From Haliotis rufescens (lineage: Eukaryota): DNA of 64,000 nt. The stretch covers positions 31,744,001 through 31,808,000 of the forward strand of contig NW_025964361.1 in NCBI RefSeq assembly GCF_023055435.1. The letters are read 5' to 3'. The notes beneath the pieces were generated by a model. That model did no database searches, was not told the DNA's origin, and worked only from the letters and a program-made list of their open reading frames with translations. Shown here piece by piece: positions 40,097-52,665 of this stretch. The number at the start of each line of letters is the position of its first letter. Positions within the stretch are counted from its first letter, which is position 1. The position numbers were made by a program, and so were the translations under genes.

Positions 40097-41002
40097 GACA
40101 ACCCAAATACAAATACAGGTAGGAAGACTGTAATTAATGTACATGACTGCTTCCCTCTGCCATACCAGGATCCGGTGATCATGGGCCCCGTCCCCAACTT
40201 CCCCTCAACTATGGTCCTAGAACCATCCCCGTGATTGTGGGTTTCACCAAAGGGGTAAATATGTATGACCTTCGTCACATTTAGGTTTTATTTGATCTAA
40301 CCCATGGATATTCCTTATTAGAATTGTTCCCTAGCAACCAGTCCTGGGCGTAAGAGGCGACTTAATGCATTGAGTTAGCGACTTGGATGATGGCGTGTTA
40401 ACTTACCCCGACGGCGTTGACGGTCCTCGTAATATCAATCACTGGATTGTTGGGACCAGAATCGATTATCTACAGGCTGGTCAAATACATGTAGCTAGAA
40501 TATTAAACAACAAACACACGCACTCACATACATTTAGCTTTATCCCAAATCACTCTCACTTAAGTCAACAATTATACTGTCCGGGAATTCTAGCAGGCTA
40601 TCATCAGTTGGTGCTGAAAACGTCGTCATCAGTTCAGAGTTCGGATTTCCGATCGCGGCTTGCAACAAAGATATGTTAATCTGATTAGTGATAGTTAACC
40701 CAAGCTGTCAGAAATACGTTCAGGCCCATCGGCATGTCGACAGGGCGGAGCATGACACTTCGCTTCCGTGCAGGGCATGATAATGAAAGACTTCTACGGA
40801 TTCTGAACTACATGCCTTTGGTTGTAACTCTAACACACCGCACAGATTGGCATGTTTGGGTTTTGTACCACAATATCAAATGTAGAAGACCTGTAATTTA
40901 CTTTAGGTCGAGTAGGGCTGGGCAGAACCCGGACAACGTAGCCTTCGATGATGATGGGATTCCTTGACAAAAAAAATGCAAAATGTCAAATGATGTCCAT
41001 GA

Positions 41003-41262
41003 TTTGTTTATTGTTTAACGCCGCACACAGCAATATTCCAGCTATATGACCGCGGTCTGTAAATGATCGAGTCTGGGCCAGACAATCCAGTGATTGACAT
41101 CATGAACATCGTTCTACGCAATTGGTTAACGATGACATACATCAACCAAGTCAGCGAGCCTGACCACCCGATCCCGTAAGTCGCCTCTCACGACAAGCAT
41201 AATCGCCTTTTACGGCAAGCATGGGTTGCTGAAGACCTATTCACCCCGGATCTTCAAGGGTC
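41003..41262 (-). mobile_element. Family D retroposon, full length
   Basis: Perfect 13-bp TSD atgatgtccatga at 40990-41002 and 41263-41275. Confidence 0.9.
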
Positions 41263-43220
41263 ATGATGTCCATGAAAACATTCGAGAAGGTGAATCTGGT
41301 TAACACGGCTTTGAAGATTGTATCACTCCGTGTCAGCTTCATGTGCCAGGAGTGATTGTTACTTGGGGTCAGTGCAGCTGTCAACGGTCTTTCACTTACA
41401 TCATAGGGTGTCCAACTAATGTGGGAGGAAAGCCGAAGTGGTGCAGGTCTTAGAGTTACCACTTCAGTGAAACCCACGAACATGGATATGGTTGTTTGTT
41501 TGTTTGTTGTTTAACGCCACACTCAGCAATATTACAGCTATATGACAGTGATCTGTAAATAATCCAGTCTGGACCACACAATCAAGTGATTGATATCATA
41601 AGCATCAATCCACACGATTTTCACAGGTGTCATAGCTTCCTGGCAAAAAACTCAGACACAACTCTGCATGGCGTCTTAGACTACTGGGTCACCCTGCCCC
41701 GACACCATGTTACTACCGCTAGCACGGCTAGTATGGCGCCAGCAAACCTAGAATCATCCGGAATTTGAACCCATAATCATAGGATTCTGAGATGAGACTC
41801 TTAACTGTGTGCACCATAGACTGGCCAATCGTTGCCCTAAAATAGTTAAATAGTGTGATTGTGTGATTTTCATGGTCACTGAGGCCTTAGAAGAAGGTTC
41901 TAGAAAATAACTGGGTCAACTTTGAGCACAGTCATGGATTAAGTACATCCAGTTACTGATCAAATGCCTTACCTCTCTCAAGATCACATGACATGCCAAC
42001 ACCCGTACACCCTGGTCCAGCCAACACCAATACACTATACATTGCCTCAGTGGACAGAAACACTGGTCAGCCAACAGTACACCATGCAATTGGCTCAGTG
42101 GGCGGACATATTGGGTTTTTTCGCAAGTTATATCAAACAGGTCAGGACAAAAACCCAATGTGATGCCTGTTGTATATGTGTGTTGACCACTCTGTCTGAA
42201 GCTCACAAGCATGTGTTGGGTGCTGACAATCGAAGGATCAAAACAAGATTTGTTACTGGATTCAAACCAAGAATCAAGGATGTAATGTTGCAAAATGAAC
42301 TCCAGCACATCTTACAAGTGGGCCACCTGTGCCCACTGATCACAAGAAGACATTTTATATGAGCTTTATTTTGGAGTATGAATTTCATAAATATGATAAA
42401 TTAGAATAAATGTAAATGGCAAGCAATCATATCAAATGTATATGTCAATAAGGTCATAATAAAATGATGCTGAGGTAAAACTAACACATGAAAACATCTA
42501 ACAATTTCAAATGATTCCTAACAATAAATACTGTCAGTTAACATGATTAATTAGTATGGGGTAATTGTGACATTTGTAGAAATAATGTTTTGTCTCATGC
42601 CGAGATGATCCTCCTAGTGAAAGGTTTACAATGGAAGCTTGTAAGATTGGATGTGTTTAGTGATCAAAAAGTAAACGTTTATGACCCGACAAGGATTTCT
42701 GATGAACATGCATTGAGATCACCTCACATGACCCATGATTTAGGTAAGCTAAAAGTAATAAGTCCTCAAAATATGTACATTCTTAAATGTTATCCATTTT
42801 CATAAACTTCATTTTCCTTAGAATCAAAGTGAAATGATAAACAATGTCCATGCATATATATTTTTGTTAATGATACATTCAGAGCTAGTAAGTTATAAAT
42901 TAACCTCACATTTGCAATACTGCAGAGCATATGGTGTTGGGACACATCAACAGTACAATATTCACTGCAATTTGCGCCCAAGGCAGTTTGTTGTCATAGC
43001 TTGTGTTTCCATTATATGAGTGTCTATAAACAAAAATAGCAGCAAATATTATAATTGAGGTTGTTCACTGCAGTGAGGCAGGAAAAGAATGTCAACCTGA
43101 CCATTAACAAACCTAGCACTGTATGCATCAGCAGTTTCTCCTGTAAGATGTGTATTTGCAAGTACACATAGATATTTACCATTAACCAACTGGTTTCTTG
43201 CATACAAATATGCACACCAG

Positions 43221-43323
43221 GGCCCACTTGCACAAAGCAATCTTTGCAGACTATCATAAGCCTATGTTAACGAATTGGAGTTACAATCATCTTAGCGCTA
43301 AGATCGCTTTGTGCAAGTGGGCC
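43221..43323. mobile_element. ~105-bp palindromic MITE; relatives at ~5214-5322 and ~49182-49300
   Basis: TIR ggcccacttgcacaaagc(a/g)atctt and a shared internal ggagt(t/a)ac(a/c)atca. Confidence 0.7.
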
Positions 43324-46300
43324 AAGTTGTACCTGATAGATCTTTATTTACTGAGTGAATGCAGTCAACACATACATGAACTCTGCAGCTGTCAATAATG
43401 CACACAGGTGCTAGGTCTTGCTTATTGTAACTTAGATATCATAAGTATCTTAGACATGAAGTTATGACCGTATGCATCAATATGCAACATGTGACACCCT
43501 TTGGGCAGCTCATACATAGATGCAAATAAGAAGTGATGAGGAGAAATGAAATATGTATTCAACTTTGAAGAGATGGGTTTAGATATTATCATAAATGTCA
43601 TATTTCATTCTACACATGACATTTAAGAAAGATATAGAAACAAACCAGGATAATAATCTCTGTGCATCATAATCGTATCTCTTCTGGTCACTGCTCTGAC
43701 ACCGGAGGCTCTAATAGACCCATATGAATACCAGTAAACGGAAAGGAAGGCATCAGCATGATCAAGGTGACAAGTCATCATTGCCTTAATACAAACATTG
43801 TTGCCATGGTAACACCCTACTGAAAAGTCATGGCACTAATACAAGTATAGCATAGTAATAATAAATAGGTGCCATAGTAACAGGTCATGACCCTAATACA
43901 AGTTCTATATATAAATATATATAGTTATCAGGGGAACTCTGTTAAATAGTGTCTCTCTTGGTCTAAACAGAGCTCTGAACAGTCGTCAGGATACCACATG
44001 TAACTTTAATAACAAAGCCTGTTTGTAAAAATACCCTATAGGCCGACTTTTATGAATACACAGATAGATGAATCAGTGTAACACTACGGAACACAGGGGT
44101 CAGGCAACAGTCATTCCAAAACTCAAACACCCGGACATCATTATTAAAAACATCATAGGGCTACAACAAGAAATGCCTATGTTCGGGGCAACCCGCACTA
44201 AACTGAAAAAAAATTCTAATTTATTAGCCAAATGATATATATCAATGTTGCTAAACATGTGTACAGAAAAATCAGCAAGCTTAAATACTGAACGGTTGAT
44301 TGCACAATAAATTTTTGTAAAAAATACCTTTCTAAAATATTAACCATAAAATACTGCCAAGGAAGCAGTTCGAAAAACCTTAACGAAAAACAATAACTAA
44401 GAGAATTGAGAACAAATGCCTGAAAGAAACATTGTGTACTTTAGCTGAATATCATCACGTGCGGCAATACATTGTACTTACACCCAGGTGCCAATAGACT
44501 CATACAGTATACTAATAATTACACATAGGCAACTTCAATTATGCATTAACAATTCATGTTTCTATATACTAATAACGTTCAACTATAAAGATGTTTTCAT
44601 TTATCATTATCAGTTTTCTTATTGCAGATGGCCAACTTATTGAGAAATAACATAGAAAAAGATTACAGAAGTTGTTTCTTAACATCTGCATGGAAAACAC
44701 AACCATTTTTTAGGACAAATATAGCAGCTTCAGGCTAAATCAACAGTAATCTGAAAATTGACAGACAACACTACAAAGCATTCGCAAATTGTTGTATGTA
44801 TACACGATACAGCTTTACATAAGTTGTTGAGTCAGCAAAACAATTCAACGCATATACCAAATTATTGTCAAAATATGTCAGTAACCAGTACATTATTGTC
44901 TGCATTAGATTACAGATTTGAAAAAAATACCTTTTCTCGGATTTCTGAATAGCCTAGTACTTGATCACTTACGTTTTGTTTGTTTGTTTGCCGCACTCAG
45001 AAATATTCCAGCTACATGATGGTGGTCTGGACGAGATAATCCAGTGATTGCAACATGAGCATCAATCAACACAACTGGGATGCAATGACAGGCATCAACC
45101 ACATCAGAGAGCCTGACCACCCAATTCAATTAGTTGCCTCTTACAACAAGCATAATTGCCTTTTACAGCAAGGCAACTACAACCGTTCAGTAAGAAAAAC
45201 TGAAAAACACCACCATCAGCCACCCAATCAAGGATCAGCACTAAAGTGGGTTTTTGACTAGTAAAATGCTTTAAAAAATTCTGCTTTATACAACACAGAA
45301 TTCAACAAAAGTAGTAGTAGCTTAGATATACATTCTAAGAAGCAGTTTTGACTCAAGAGATTATGCATTCATAATTTGTCCTAAAAAATAAACTTTAAAT
45401 CAAGTCAACAAAAAAGACTTGTTTCAGGTAACCCATTTGTGTTTCCACATATCATTGTTGCTGTAGCTATTTTAACCTACAAATTCAAAAAACATTGCAA
45501 CTAACATCAGTTCTAAAGAAGTGAGCTGTATCAAACATTATTGAAGGAAATATTAAATGAAATGAAAAAACAACTACCTACTGACCCATATATGTTGGGT
45601 GACTTGGGTCCATGTGACCTGAAACACTAGTATTTTATTGTTTAGCCTTAACCTTTTATCACCCATAATGGGCCATCCTCTATTATCCAGGATAATATAT
45701 CTCCTTTCTATAATGATACATACCTTGGATCCATTTGCCGCCAGACCTTTGTTTTGATTGGGGTCATAATGAAGACTCTAAAATAGATGACCAATCAAAC
45801 TAACCTGTTCATTCAGCATTTTCACCAGTACTCATTTTGACCTTTGACATCGCAAATACATTTTAAAAAAGACCCCATCTTTTCTAGCTTAAAGTTTATT
45901 CCTGAGCTTTCTTCAATGAAATACATTCAGGGTTTGATCAGATGAGATCACGATCATAAAATGTAGGTCTCTGCAAACTCCCCCTCAGAAGATGATGGAT
46001 AATGGATAGGTTTAGGATTTCAAGCTCATAAGCAAGAGACGTTCTGTGAGTTACAGTGAAAAGAGAGATTGAGATGGTGCTGCCACTTCCGGAACAAGGC
46101 TACAGTGAGTGAGAGACTGAGTGAGTCGGGTTTATGCCTCTTATATCACAGCATGTCAGCTTGATGTGGGAGGAAAGCCTGAAGAGACGGAGGTCTCAGA
46201 CGTTTACCACTTTGGTGAAACCCACGAGAACAGGTGTGGAGCTGACAAACCTAGAAACAAAATCGGGTCGAACCAGTATTTGAACCCAAGATCATAGGTT

Positions 46301-46631
46301 TGTGGCGTGCCCAAGGGATGCAACTCTGCACAGCGAATCACGGCTCCATAGACAACTGGGCTACCTCATGAGTTACAGAAGTTCTCAGTTAAGTGGTAAG
46401 AGAGATTGAGAAGGCCCCGTCCCTTCTGGAGCCTTGCTATAGTATGGGTCCAGGGTACTTATCACAACAAAACGGAAATGTGATACACTGAATAATTGAG
46501 GATGCACATGGCCATGATAAAACATTACAGAGATGAGAAATAGGATACAAATACTGATTGAACTATATATAAATAGCGTACAAAATATTTTCATCTTTCA
46601 AAACATGTTCTGAAATACCAAGATGTGTTTT

Positions 46632-46891
46632 TCACAAAAGATAAGGAAAGACAGCTTTTCTGTCTTTTGGAAACATGCGAAAGTTTTTGCGGTACCAGTC
46701 GTGCGTCATGAGGGACATGATCACCTGGTTGACAAGAACGAAGATGCCGATGCTAAGGCAGGCCTGATGCTGGAACTGGACCACGATGTTCATGGCCAGG
46801 TAGATGAGGATCTCGGTGAAAAAGTGAGGGCAGGACACGTACTCAAACAGTCCGCCATTGGGCAACAGATGCTGGCGATTCTCCACCACTC
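46632..46891 (-). CDS. SRD5A3: SRD5A3-like coding exon 5 (terminal)
   Basis: Acceptor ttcatgcag|GA; encodes HLLPNGGLFEYVSCPHFFTEILIY...THDWYRKNFRMFPKDRKAVFPYLL, stop TGA at 46632-46634; typical steroid 5-alpha-reductase C-terminus. The five exons sum to 909 nt (302 aa plus stop). Confidence 0.93.
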
Positions 46892-47564
46892 CTGCATGAA
46901 AAGAAAGAGGTAACATTGAGTTGAATTAAAAAAAAGAGATATTTAAATAGAATTAATTCACCTTAATCATGTTCCGACATATAGAAACCTTTCAAAGTCC
47001 CAAGCTTGTATTTCGGCTAGTTTTCGTTTAGCCCAATTTCTGTCTAAGGGAAATAACTCTTCAATCCCTGTTAGCATGAATTTGTGTTACTCCAGCACAG
47101 AGACATATTCAGTTCAATAAAATCTTCAGTTATCCAATGTACTATGTCTCCATTCTATTATGATAAACACCCAGGACCAGTTTCCCACTTCTGCTTTGTT
47201 TCGGAAGTGACGTCACCACTTCCATCCCTCGAATCTCAAGCTCAGCACAAAATTTGTGATATCATTCGGCAGTTATTCAAAGGGTTGTGACATTTAAATC
47301 AGGTTTAAGATGAAGCCTTGGTGTCTAATGGGTCCAGAGATATATAATACTCTGGATTACCACTCCATATCAAATCCCCCTTATAGACATGTACAAGTTC
47401 TTAGTAAGAAATGGCCACTAGTCCAGTACAGCCAAAACATTAAGAAAATTGGTGGGAGCATCATGTTTTGGGACATGATATTTTGCCCTAAGTCTGAAAC
47501 AAATGTTGGAAAAAAGCCCAAATTGGATTAAAAGATTTCCCAATTCATGCTGTTATATTCTTAA

Positions 47565-47972
47565 TAGGGCTTGGACGAGTCCAAATTTACTACCCGGGTA
47601 CCCACCCCCCTATTACCCGGGTACCCACTGTAGGTCTCAAGATATACAAAATGTCCGATTGGGAATTTATTTTTTTACCACAGCACTTGCAAAACGTATT
47701 TAGATACATGTATTAAACGATCTGGTCACGCATACACTGAAGTTGACTTGTTATATCTTTATTCAATCATATGAAAAATCAGAAGGAATGGGTGCATAGT
47801 CAGAAAGAAATGTGAACATTAGTGACTTGTAGTGTAACCATAGAGTTCTAGATAATTTTTGTCATTAAACTATATATCACATGACTAACCACAGGTCTTG
47901 GTAGTCCTGTGGGTACCCATGTCCTACTCAGTACCCACCCGACCCGGGTACCCGAGTAACCTCTCAGCCCTA
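47565..47972. mobile_element. hAT-type MITE in SRD5A3 intron 4
   Basis: TAGGGCT...AGCCCTA ends, subterminal acccgggtaccc repeats, 8-bp TSD attcttaa / attcataa. Confidence 0.8.
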
Positions 47973-48225
47973 ATTCATAACTAATGCTGCGACATAGTAA
48001 AGCAACTTGTATTTAACTGATAACAGGACCAATATAGAGGAAGAGGCTTAAATGTTCAGCCTACCGGTAACATTATTGTATTGAAAGCAATGTTAAAATT
48101 CAAGGATAAAATAAATACCTCTGAATTTAGGAAAATAAATTTGAATAAAATTTTTGAACTTTTCCAATTTGCTTGCCAAAGGCACTTAGTTTGAAATCGT
48201 AATAGACAAATGCCTGTCATCTCAC

Positions 48226-48342
48226 CAGAGTGGCTTTTCCTGAGTTTGGACAGGATATGTAGTGTCTGATGCTGCAACATTGACGCCAGGAAGAAGAGAA
48301 AGCAGCCCACAACGACACACAGCAGGCCCACCTGATCAACAC
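48226..48342 (-). CDS. SRD5A3: SRD5A3-like coding exon 4
   Basis: Acceptor gttgcag|GT; encodes VDQVGLLCVVVGCFLFFLASMLQHQTLHILSKLRKSHS (Q...H.IL..LR motif); donor TCTG|gtgaga; 117 nt, phase 1 to 1. Confidence 0.88.
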
Positions 48343-48569
48343 CTGCAACATCCACCACAAATACCTTAGCACTTGATGAATCTTCATACACCTCACGGTA
48401 AATCATGAGGATATAACTATGCATCAAGAAATACATGCAATCTAGAAAACCAGAAATTTAAGGGTGGCTCCATGATAATGATGATCACTGCAGGTTTTTT
48501 CAGTAGGTGTAATTGAGACAATCATATATTTTAAAAAATAACATAATAATATTAATATGAATATGAGAC

Positions 48570-48773
48570 CTGTCATTCTGAAGTTGTTAAAATCAGTTGA
48601 TGCGAGAATACAGCTGCCGAAGGTGAGATACAGCAGTAGCCCCATGATGTAATGTACGACACTGATCTTGCTGTCCGAGAACACACTGACAAACAGACAC
48701 TCGTAACATCGCCGCAACACCTGCAGCTCTTCCATCACCAACACCACCACAACAGCTGTTCCTGACACGCCCT
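48570..48773 (-). CDS. SRD5A3: SRD5A3-like coding exon 3
   Basis: Acceptor tttgcag|AG; encodes QVLRRCYECLFVSVFSDSKISVVHYIMGLLLY (family RRxYE..S.FS...HY..G motif); donor ACAG|gtctca is weak but GT and phase-compatible; 204 nt. Confidence 0.88.
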
Positions 48774-49663
48774 CTGCAAAAGATACGAAAATCACCATGA
48801 AAATAAGTCCATTTATAATGCTTCAGATGCCATTCACCAAGAGAATGCTCAAGGCACTACATTATTATGACCCAGGTCAATGGATCAGTGTGCACTCAGT
48901 TTTCATCCTGTGTGCCTGTCACACATAGGGAGGCGCTATAGGTTAACAGTCACACTATCACCTCATCCTACCAGATACCCATTCACTACTCAGTGAACAA
49001 GTCACCTGTCTAAGGAGAGCCCACATGTGCTACATATGATTCAGTGTGGAGCAGGACCAGATCTCTAGAAGCTCTCATAAGTTAAGCTTCCAAACGCGGC
49101 CACCCATCCAAGGACCCTCAGCGACCAACATTGCTTAACACAAAGCATGTGAAGCCACAGAGGTGACAGCATTATCACACCAGGTCACTGTTCCACAAAG
49201 CGATCTTAGTGCTATAAACGTGATAAATAGAGTATGGGAGTAACCATCATGTCATTGTACTATTTGTAGTTCTAAAATTTGTATGTGGAAGGGAACCCAC
49301 ACTACTCATGTACTAGGTCTAGAGCACTAACACATTCTACATTGTAATGTTATCCACTGGACCAATAACCATGGTTAAAAAGGATTTAAATTTGGAAGGA
49401 TTTCTTGATTTCTTACATACTGATCGATACATCATCATCATGATCAGTGACTTAAATGAGTTACTTTCTTTGAATTTTTATATATCCCCTTTGTCCCATT
49501 TTGAAGAATATTCAAGCATCATAAACAAACATTTTATGCCTAATAAATCAATTGAGTGTTTACAGTAACTTTACACAGAGGGTATTCGCGTCAATCTGAA
49601 TCTCTGTACAATCAACTCAAGCAAGTGTTGAGTAAACTGAGTTGTCTCCCCTGCATCTCTCAC

Positions 49664-49809
49664 CAGGTGTGTGGTTGGGTGCCCAGAGGGTGTTGAAGAT
49701 ATTCTGCACTGGCTGTGGGAAGGGAACGCGGAACACCACTACTCTCGCCAGTAGGATAAGCAGGGAAGTGTTCACCACAACGCCAAGCATATAGAAGTGG
49801 GTGAACCAT
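49664..49809 (-). CDS. SRD5A3: SRD5A3-like coding exon 2
   Basis: Acceptor tttcag|ATGG; encodes WFTHFYMLGVVVNTSLLILL...WAPNHTP; donor CCTG|gtgaga; 146 nt, phase 2 in, phase 1 out. Confidence 0.92.
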
Positions 49810-50567
49810 CTGAAACAAGCATTGCTGATGAGTATCATTTTGTACCCAGACCATATCGAAATATACCCCCATTATAGAAATCTATCGCCAGTCAATGTAG
49901 ATATATCCACAATAGCTTCACCCCCAAATAAACTGATGATATTAATAAAAGAATGCATCAACGAACAGGATCACAGCATCGATATTGATACAGAATCGTG
50001 TTTTATGAAATGATAAAATACTGACAGAGTCTACATCTGGAATGCAATTGAATGGAAAACAGTTATGTGCAATTAAAAATCTTTACATCCACAGAACTAA
50101 ATGACATATTAATTATTATAAGTGCTTTTGTCTGCATGTGATGAAGGTCTTGTCTCTGCCTTCAACTCATTTCCCAAATGCATCATGAGATTTCAATCAG
50201 GGTACTCTTAGACATGGTTTGGGTACAAAACAATACAGCAACAATAATCTGGGTACAACTCGATAGACCGTTGGTACACAGGGTACATTTCAATGGTAAA
50301 GCAATAGGCTGTCTGCCTCACTCACAACCAGCCATAAGGATTGTAAAGCAGTGCTGGGTTGACAAAATGTACTTAACCCTAATGATTGTAAACGAGTGCT
50401 TACAATTGAAGGCAACCTACACTAACCATAAACACCATTAATCCCAAGGATCGAAGATGCATGGGAGATCAGTGAATGGAAACGCCACTTAGAATCTAAA
50501 GAGTCTAGTGATGACAAAGGTTCTGACAGTTACAGAATCAAAGTTTGATATTAGCTCGGCGCCTTAC

Positions 50568-50749
50568 CGCTTTGGAACGTCGAAAAGGTTGAATATTTTC
50601 GATCTGCTCCCCTTTTCTCTAAGTTTTCCTATCAGGAACAACCTGGCAAGTAGTTCAACCTTTGGGAAAACATCGAAAACCAGGAAATAGAAAAGGACAA
50701 CGGCTAATGTCAAAATGATCCACAGTCCACTTCCTACAGATACCGCCAT
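50568..50749 (-). CDS. SRD5A3: Polyprenol/polyprenal reductase (steroid 5-alpha-reductase 3 family), coding exon 1
   Basis: ATG at 50749 in context ttcaaaATGGCG. Encodes MAVSVGSGLWIILTLAVVLFYFLVFDVFPKVELLARLFLIGKLREKGSRSKIFNLFDVPK(R). Donor AAGCG|gtaagg, phase 2. Joined to exon 2 it gives VPKRWFTHFY, the signature motif of SRD5A3/DFG10 proteins. Confidence 0.9.
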
Positions 50750-50870
50750 TTTGAAAACCCCGCACCTGCGCTCGAATATGATTGGTCGAAAGGGATATCG
50801 GAAGACTAGCTCTATTGCTACAGAGCGACACTGATCGTTACGCAAACGCGCTATCAGCTGAAAAAATATA
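50745..50870 (-). promoter_or_regulatory. Probable CpG-rich promoter/5' region of the SRD5A3-like gene
   Basis: Local CpG enrichment against CpG-poor introns; CCAAT on the minus strand at ~50781-50785; YY1-like AAAATGGCG overlapping the start codon. Confidence 0.45.
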
Positions 50871-51644
50871 TTCGAACTGTTATTAATCGAGATGTTATCT
50901 AATATCATAGAGTTTTGGGCATGCACAATTAGGCTACATAAAAACAAATTTTGATTCTCACAAATTTGTTAATTGTGTATTCCAGTGGCCACGGCTCACG
51001 TGAAGAAACACAACATCATGTGATGGCATATATCACATCACACATCATGTCATACCATGTCATAACATGTCATACATATACACTTCCAAATCCATACCAC
51101 ACCAGTCCAATATTGCTGATAAATTAATGCCATTGAATGTATGGATATATAATATGGTTGGTGCATGAAATGTTTTGGCAAAAAAGTATATGCAACATTG
51201 AATAGTATTGTATAGATTCAAGGGCATTTACCAAGAACGCTCTTTCTTTATTTAGTAAATTAAAATAAATCACACCAATATTCAATTTGATAATAACAGT
51301 GTTGTACACCCACAATGTTTTACATTTCACTGCCCTCCACGTTTGCTGTGACATAGATAAGATAATTACAATAGATAAAGCTCATTTTGATTTTCTCTAT
51401 TTTCCTTGGCCTTAGCCTTGGTTATTTTCAATATTCTAAATCATGATCATTTTTCAGCTCTCACAACTCTGGCCAGTTGTTGTCGGACGTAGATAGAAAA
51501 TTCAATAGACACAACTTTTGTTCATTTCCAATCGGCGTGGCGGGAATCATAAAGTTCGTTCAATGAAACACAAAGGTGTCTGCTAAACAGATCATTTGTC
51601 CGTGAGCAATCTGTGGAGTATGTGACTTTTGAACACGAAGAAAA

Positions 51645-52045
51645 ACATATAAATATATAAGCACATAGTTATATAAACACATAGTTATATAAACACATAG
51701 TTATATAAGCACATAGTTATATAAACACAAAGTTATATAAACGCATAAATATATAAGCACATAGTTATATAAACACATAAATATATAAGCACATAGTTAT
51801 ATACACATAAATATATAAGCACATAGTTATATAAACACATAGTTATATAAACACATAGTTATATAAGCACATAGTTATATAAACGCATAAATATATAAGC
51901 ACATAGTTATATAAACACATAAATATATAAGCACATAGTTATATACACATAAATATATAAGCACATAGTTATATAAACACATAGTTATATAAACACATAG
52001 TTATATAAACACATAAATATATAACCACGTAGTTATATAAGCACG
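51645..52045. repeat. AT-rich 16-bp minisatellite upstream of SRD5A3
   Basis: Unit ttatataa(a/g)cacata(g/a). Confidence 0.95.
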
Positions 52046-52387
52046 AGCCATAGGGCGGCTTTTGCAAGCTTGTAAATATATCCCTCCAATTTAAATACAA
52101 TTTGCGTGTCCATCAATATAACATATTTTGGGATAACAGATAGTATTTCTTTCCAGGGTTTGTTATCACATCTAGAAGCCACGACTGACGTTGAGATAAA
52201 ATACTTCCTTGCGTTTTTCTCCATCTTGTCGTGTTCTAGTTCAGCCTGAACAAAAGTGGTTCTGTTCAACTAATACTGACAATATGATGTGTGCTGGTAT
52301 CAAATAATCAGTCAGTAGTAAACAGGAAACGAATTTAGTTTGTCTTCATCTCTATTCACAATCATTCGTGACTATTCCGGGACTTTA

Positions 52388-52665
52388 GGGGGCACGGGTG
52401 GCCCAGTCGTCTAAGGCGCCGCGATTCGGAGATGCAGAGTTGCGTCCCTTGGGCACGCCAGAAACCTATGATTGTGGGTTCGAATCCCGGTTCGCTCCAA
52501 TTATGTTTCTAGGTTTGTCAGCACCATACCCGTGCTCGTGGGTTTCAACGAAGTGGTACACGTCTGAGACCTGCATCACTTCGGGCTTTCCTCCCATATT
52601 AAGCTGACATGCCGCGATATAACTGGAATGATGTTAAAAGCGGCGTTAAACCTAACTCACTCACT
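52388..52665 (+). mobile_element. SINE family B (tRNA-Leu/Ser-like head with long A-B box spacing, ~280 bp)
   Basis: TGGCCCAGTCGTCTAAGGCGC ... GGGTTCGAATCCC; actattccgggac duplicated on both sides. Confidence 0.9.

Noticed and set aside
41916-42362. Overlapping 130-132 aa ORFs on both strands
   Set aside because: No recognisable domain or exon partners; more likely UTR or intergenic sequence, though not excluded.
50750-50947. N-terminal extension of SRD5A3 in the ORF track
   Set aside because: Starts at a non-ATG codon in promoter-like DNA; the ATG at 50749 has good context and gives the expected protein length.
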